From Candidatus Kaiserbacteria bacterium (GTDB lineage Bacteria; Patescibacteriota; Minisyncoccia; Phycocordibacterales; UBA2100): a DNA stretch of 63,833 bases. Positions 59,539 through 63,833 of this stretch are shown one piece after another; position 1 is the stretch's first letter; every line of letters begins with the position of its first letter. The stretch spans positions 1 through 63,833 of the forward strand of contig JAIOPS010000026.1 of the NCBI GenBank assembly GCA_021413775.1. The letters run 5' to 3'. The position numbers and the translations under genes are program-made. The notes under the pieces were generated by a model. That model was not told the DNA's origin. It did not search any database and saw only the letters and a program-made list of their open reading frames with translations.

Positions 59539-60627
59539 TCACCTGAACAAGAAATGGTACAGACGTTGAATGAGAGGAATATTTGAGGGCGTTGTCGGCT
59601 CCACGCTGAAACCAAGAACGTCGGGCAGACTTCCGAAGCCGGGTGTCGAACGCGTCGAGAAATAGGAGGTATACCCCTCCGGGAAAAGGTACTCGCCCTT
59701 ATTAACAAGTTGCCCGGGACCTTTTTCGACTTCCGGCACAATCGGATTCGCCAGAATGTAGGCGTCATGACGGATTCCCGTTACCTGCCACGAGACTTTC
59801 CCGTTGGCAGCACCTCCACCGATCGTGAACTCGTTATTTTTTTCTTCCACTTTTACATAGAGATTCGGCATCGGTGCACCGAGAGGCTTGAGCTGGTATC
59901 GCACCTCAGTATTCAACGCGTCAAAATATGAGGGGAGCTCCACAATCGCCTCACCTTTTTTATCAAGCCGCACAATACCGTCGTAGACGTTTTTCGCGTC
60001 GGGTGACTCGACGAACGAGTGGTACAGGAGTTTGTTCTTGGGGTCCTGCGGGTGGTCAATAACGAACGTACCCGAGCCTTTGGATATAGAACCGGTGACG
60101 GCAAAATTTCCTGTCACGCTCACGTTTTTAGTAAATGTCGTCTGGTACGAACCCTGGTAGTACGCCTGGGCGTAGCCGTAGTAATAGCCCTGGGCGTAGC
60201 CGTAGTAATAGCCCTGGGCGTAGCCGTAGTAGTAACATTGTGCGTAGCCGTAGTAGTAACCTTGTGCGTAGTAATAGCCCTGGGCGTAGCCGTAGTAGTA
60301 ACCTTGTGCGTAGCCGTAGTAGTAACCTTGCGCGTAGGCGTAGCCGTAGTAATAACCTTGCGCGTAGCCGTAGTAATAGCCCTGAGCGTAGCCGTAGCCG
60401 TAGTAATAGCCCTGGCCGTAGTAATAGCCCTGGGCGTAGCCGTAGCCGTAGTAATATCCCTGGCCGTAGCCGTAGTAATATCCCTGGCCGTAGCCGTAGT
60501 AATATCCCTGGCCGTAGCCGTAACCCGCGTACGCGGTACCGGGTGTGAGGAGCACCACATACACAATGATTCCTGCGAGTACTGACAGGAAAGCGCCGTA
60601 CGTCCATGCTTTCTGCTGAAGGTTCAT
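59539..60627 (-). CDS. exported Tyr/Gly-repeat protein with C-terminal IDHP/HSFVESPD domain
   Basis: Hydrophobic leader ending AYA, 14 YYY repeat units, C-terminal domain shared with the next two genes. Confidence 0.85.
   Translation of the reverse strand: MNLQQKAWTYGAFLSVLAGIIVYVVLLTPGTAYAGYGYGQGYYYGYGQGYYYGYGQGYYYGYGYAQGYYYGQGYYYGYGYAQGYYYGYAQGYYYGYAYAQGYYYGYAQGYYYGYAQGYYYAQGYYYGYAQCYYYGYAQGYYYGYAQGYYYGYAQAYYQGSYQTTFTKNVSVTGNFAVTGSISKGSGTFVIDHPQDPKNKLLYHSFVESPDAKNVYDGIVRLDKKGEAIVELPSYFDALNTEVRYQLKPLGAPMPNLYVKVEEKNNEFTIGGGAANGKVSWQVTGIRHDAYILANPIVPEVEKGPGQLVNKGEYLFPEGYTSYFSTRSTPGFGSLPDVLGFSVEPTTPSNIPLIQRLYHFLFR
60146..60531 (-). repeat. coding tandem repeat, consensus QGYYYGYA (24 bp, variants +/-6 bp)
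   Basis: Read directly: 14 units containing YYY. Confidence 0.95.
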
Positions 60628-61172
60628 TTGCATAAAGGCTCGAAGAGGCACGTGCCGACGTTTACTTCCTGACCGGGACCTTTTGGCACTTCGACAATGA
60701 CAGGATGCTTCAAAATGTACGGGTCATGGCGGATACCTGTTATTTGCCATGAGACTTTTCCACCCGGAGTACCTCCTCCTATGACGAAGCTGCTATTCTT
60801 CTCTTCGGTTTTTATATACAGATTTGGCATTGCGCTGTCGAGTGCGGAAAACTGATATCGTGAATCTCTGTTCAGCGCATCATAGTATGCAGGCAGCTGT
60901 ATGACAGTTTCTCCCTGTGCGTCCAAAACTGCAATACCGTCGTAGATGTTTTTCACGTCCGGCGACTCGACGAACGAGTGGTAGAGAATTTTGTTTGCCG
61001 GATTTATCGGATCGTCGATTGCGAATGTTCCCGAACCTTTCGAGAGTGTTCCCGTAATCGCGAGATTGCCCAGGAATCTCACACCGCCTGTAAGGGTGAC
61101 GGCGAATGCAGCGGCCGGCACAAGTACTGCGAGAGTAAGGAGACCGACAATGAGTGAAGATTTATTGCGCAT
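60624..61172 (-). CDS. secreted stand-alone IDxP/HSFVESPD domain protein
   Basis: Signal peptide ending AFA; SKGSGTFAIDDP..LYHSFVESPD..VSWQITGIRHDP. Confidence 0.8.
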   Translation of the reverse strand: MRNKSSLIVGLLTLAVLVPAAAFAVTLTGGVRFLGNLAITGTLSKGSGTFAIDDPINPANKILYHSFVESPDVKNIYDGIAVLDAQGETVIQLPAYYDALNRDSRYQFSALDSAMPNLYIKTEEKNSSFVIGGGTPGGKVSWQITGIRHDPYILKHPVIVEVPKGPGQEVNVGTCLFEPLCK

Positions 61173-61767
61173 AGCATTCTTCGCAAATATATTTGCCTTT
61201 ATCAACGATTTCGTCAGGCCCCTTAGCGACCTCCGGAATTATGGGGTTGGCGAGAATGAACGGGTCGTGACGGATTCCGGTGACCTGCCACGACACTCTG
61301 CCGTTTGGTGCGCCGCCCGCGATTGCGACAGACGGCGAACCGAAAAGCCCGAGGAAGCGCGGCTTTACTTCGCTCGAGAGGTACATCTCCGGCATCGGCT
61401 CTCCTATCGCCGTCGCGAGATACCGGAAGTCCTGATTGAGCGCGAGAAAATATGCAGGAAGAACTACGGTTGCCTCTCCTTTCTCGTCGAGCGTGACAAT
61501 ACCGTCGTACATGTTTTTTGCGTCAGGCGATTCCACAAACGAGTGAAAGAGGAGCATGTTCTTGGGGTCCAGCGGATGGTCGATGACGAACGTGCCCGCG
61601 CCCTTCGAAAGAACTCCTGTGATAGACGCGCTGCCCGCAGTCGAGCTCTTCGAGAGCTTTATGGTCGTGTGCGAAAATTGCGCATGCGCACGGACGGGCA
61701 GGAAGAGGGCCAGCCCAATCAGAGAAACTCCAAGTAGAGAGTACAAAGAGAGTGCCTGGGCGCGCAT
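61162..61767 (-). CDS. secreted stand-alone IDHP/HSFVESPD domain protein
   Basis: Signal peptide ending AHA; SKGAGTFVIDHP..FHSFVESPD..VSWQVTGIRHDP. Confidence 0.8.
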   Translation of the reverse strand: MRAQALSLYSLLGVSLIGLALFLPVRAHAQFSHTTIKLSKSSTAGSASITGVLSKGAGTFVIDHPLDPKNMLLFHSFVESPDAKNMYDGIVTLDEKGEATVVLPAYFLALNQDFRYLATAIGEPMPEMYLSSEVKPRFLGLFGSPSVAIAGGAPNGRVSWQVTGIRHDPFILANPIIPEVAKGPDEIVDKGKYICEECYAQ

Positions 61768-61873
61768 CCGCTTAGTATAAGGCTGAAAAGCGGAGAATGG
61801 AACCGCTGTGAAGCAGACATCGTGTCAAACGACTTTTGCGAAGAAAAGCCCGTGGGATATACTCCCTACATCT

Positions 61874-62356
61874 ATGCGGACCTACTGGATTATCGGAATT
61901 GTCGCGGCAGCTGTCCTCTTAGCCGGAGGCGGATACATATATAGTGAACGTCCGCATGTACCTTCATATGCCTCGCCCGCAGCACAGCCCCCCGGCCACG
62001 GCATCGTCGGTAATTCTAAGCTTGATACGGACCCTTACGATGTCCTCATAACGTACACCGACGAGGGATTTTCCCCCGCTGACATTTCCATTGCACAGGG
62101 TCAGCGCGTGCGATTCCTTAATAACTCAAAGCAAACGACATGGCCGGCATCGGGTCTCCACCCGACGCACACGCTCTACCCCGAAAAAGAATCCTCCGAT
62201 TGTTTGGGGAGCTCATTCGATTCGTGCGCTGAATTGCAGAAGGGTGAATTTTTTGACTTCACATTTAACTATGCCGGTGTTTGGACATTCCACGACCACC
62301 TGCACCCCTACTCGACCGGCTCCATTACGGTCACCGCATCCTCGACGCAGCAATAA
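61874..62356 (+). CDS. cupredoxin-fold protein lacking the type-1 Cys, paralog of 52225-52623
   Basis: GFSP..ISI..G..VRF.N, WPASGLHPTH, WTFHDHLHP..TGSITV. Confidence 0.8.
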   Translation: MRTYWIIGIVAAAVLLAGGGYIYSERPHVPSYASPAAQPPGHGIVGNSKLDTDPYDVLITYTDEGFSPADISIAQGQRVRFLNNSKQTTWPASGLHPTHTLYPEKESSDCLGSSFDSCAELQKGEFFDFTFNYAGVWTFHDHLHPYSTGSITVTASSTQQ

Positions 62357-62412
62357 GAAGCTGCCGCATTCTCACGCGAGCCTGTCCGCTTGCGGCCTGC
62401 GCTTCGATTCTC

Positions 62413-63833
62413 TTATTGAGTACTCTCTGATTCGGGCTTCGAAGATATGACGTGCGTACCTGCGTCGTTGCCGTCCTGGTCCGGGCGGAGGTTCAACCAC
62501 TTCGTGTAATCGTAACGGCTACCCATGAGTCGCACCGAGACCGGTCCGCTCTTGTCCGTAAGGATGTGCAGCGTTTTGTTCGCGATATCCTGTTCGTAAA
62601 ACGCTCTGCCGTCGAATCCGGGCGTAAGTGTGACGACAAGGTTTGTCCAATTTTTCCCGAAGTCCGTCACCTGGTAGAAGAGCCATACGTCACTTCCCAT
62701 CGGAGCCTCGGGGAACGCAATCGCGTAATCGTACAATTTGCGCTTCGCGTCATAGGAAGCGGGCGTAACTTTAAGCGCGACTTCCTCATGTATACCAATC
62801 GTCGAGTGTCCGTAGGTCGCGTACTTCGTACCATCTATTGTATAGACAGGGTCGATGGTGCTCACGTCGAGCTTGCCGTTGATTTTGATGTCGCCGTAGA
62901 AGGTGGAGGTGGCCGTGCCCATGCCGGTTGCGCCGTTGGCGCCTATGAAGAGAAGGCCCGCCGCAGACAATTGCTCGGTTGGTGTACTTGTTCCGATACC
63001 GAGCTTGGCGGCATTGGTCGCAGCGGAGGTTAGGTAAAGCTGAGGAGCGCCGTTCGTGCTCAAAGAGAAACCGGTCCCGTCCTGATACAGGATGCGGCCC
63101 GTGTAATCACTGGAAAGGTTCGCTGAACCTTTGAAATCTATAAACGACGCTGCGTCATTACCGCTTCCTATCTCGATTGCCCCGTCATTCGGACTCACAT
63201 CTACATATCCTGATGAACCGGTGTCTGCGACAGAGAATACCGCCGTCCTTGTAGAGGTACCGACAAGCAGTTTATTTTCAATAATTGCATTTCCAGTACC
63301 GCTTATCGTTCCCCCCGGACACGAACCACCGGCACACACCCACAAGTTGTCGTCGTTGATGCGCACGTCATCGCCCGAAGGATTGATAACGAAGTCTCCG
63401 GAGGAGTCCGTCTGCAACTGCGTGTCGCGAGTATCGTCGTACGCGACGGAGACCTGCGCTGCGGCCACAGTGTCTTTCACGGAGAGTTTCCTGTACGGCG
63501 TCGTCGTGCCGATGCCGACATTTCCTTGAATAATTGCGCCATTCGCGGTTGGAGTAGTACCCGTATAACTTTGACCCAACGCGAGCCCACCATTATTGAA
63601 GAAGCTGAAGTTCTCGGTAACATTGTAGTATCCGCGAAGTCTTCCACTATTGTTGTCCATCGTCCATGCATTAAAACCGGAGCTCTGCCAGACCACTTCG
63701 CCACCGTCAGCCGCACCGTTATTTATATTAATTGCTGAGAAATTCGCCGTACCGGAGAACGTCGGAGATGCGGAAAGCACGACACTCCCCGTGCCTGTGG
63801 AGCTGGTCACGCCGGTACCGCCGTTGGCGACGG
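62413..63833 (-). CDS. large tail-fibre-like surface protein, C-terminal part (5' truncated by window)
   Basis: Repeated GNVGIGTTTP / LLVGTST / LGIGTSTP beta-repeats; ORF open to the window edge. Confidence 0.75.
   Translation of the reverse strand, partial: VANGGTGVTSSTGTGSVVLSASPTFSGTANFSAININNGAADGGEVVWQSSGFNAWTMDNNSGRLRGYYNVTENFSFFNNGGLALGQSYTGTTPTANGAIIQGNVGIGTTTPYRKLSVKDTVAAAQVSVAYDDTRDTQLQTDSSGDFVINPSGDDVRINDDNLWVCAGGSCPGGTISGTGNAIIENKLLVGTSTRTAVFSVADTGSSGYVDVSPNDGAIEIGSGNDAASFIDFKGSANLSSDYTGRILYQDGTGFSLSTNGAPQLYLTSAATNAAKLGIGTSTPTEQLSAAGLLFIGANGATGMGTATSTFYGDIKINGKLDVSTIDPVYTIDGTKYATYGHSTIGIHEEVALKVTPASYDAKRKLYDYAIAFPEAPMGSDVWLFYQVTDFGKNWTNLVVTLTPGFDGRAFYEQDIANKTLHILTDKSGPVSVRLMGSRYDYTKWLNLRPDQDGNDAGTHVISSKPESESTQ

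Noticed and set aside
60146..60531. CRISPR array or non-coding satellite
   Set aside because: In-frame within a signal-bearing ORF, and indels are multiples of 6 bp
59539..63833. Prophage tail module
   Set aside because: The complete fibre-like genes have signal peptides, and no capsid, terminase, portal or integrase is present
1..63833. UGA recoding (code 25), diversity-generating retroelement or IS elements
   Set aside because: TGA ends conserved genes at expected positions and forms ATGA overlaps; no reverse transcriptase, TR/VR pair or transposase was seen

Overview
This window looks like a fragment of a Patescibacteria/CPR (Parcubacteria-like) bacterial genome using standard code 11. 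The assignment is inferred from shortened PheS, PheT, ThrS and RF1, the split transketolase, pilin and tail-fibre-like genes, and many apparently leaderless starts. Housekeeping blocks (dnaE 3' end, thrS, gyrB, pheTS, tRNA-Thr, tsf, rpsB, prfA, rpmE, rplY, tkt/rpe/rpiB/gap) are interleaved with four accessory regions. (1) 3.1-11 kb: small secreted or membrane genes, a sortase and repeat proteins; three otherwise unrelated proteins share a C-terminal A-x-x-IYG motif. (2) 17.9-19.5 kb: a persulfide dioxygenase/rhodanese/CsoR-like operon. (3) 35.9-48 kb: three solute-binding proteins with no permease in the window, four PaaK-like adenylate-forming paralogs, an FAD monooxygenase, and two large unknown paralogs. 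Each large paralog sits beside a small peptide ending in FVxCxGF; one of these peptides (37 aa) is not in the ORF track. (4) 48-63.8 kb: nine tandem Cys-rich exported paralogs that all keep five His (plus Met in 7 of 9), two cupredoxins lacking the type-1 Cys, a His1/LPSTG protein, a Tyr-triplet repeat fibre protein and tail-fibre-like genes. Regions 3 and 4 are the best candidates for undescribed systems. All functional calls come from motif reading only; no searches were run.
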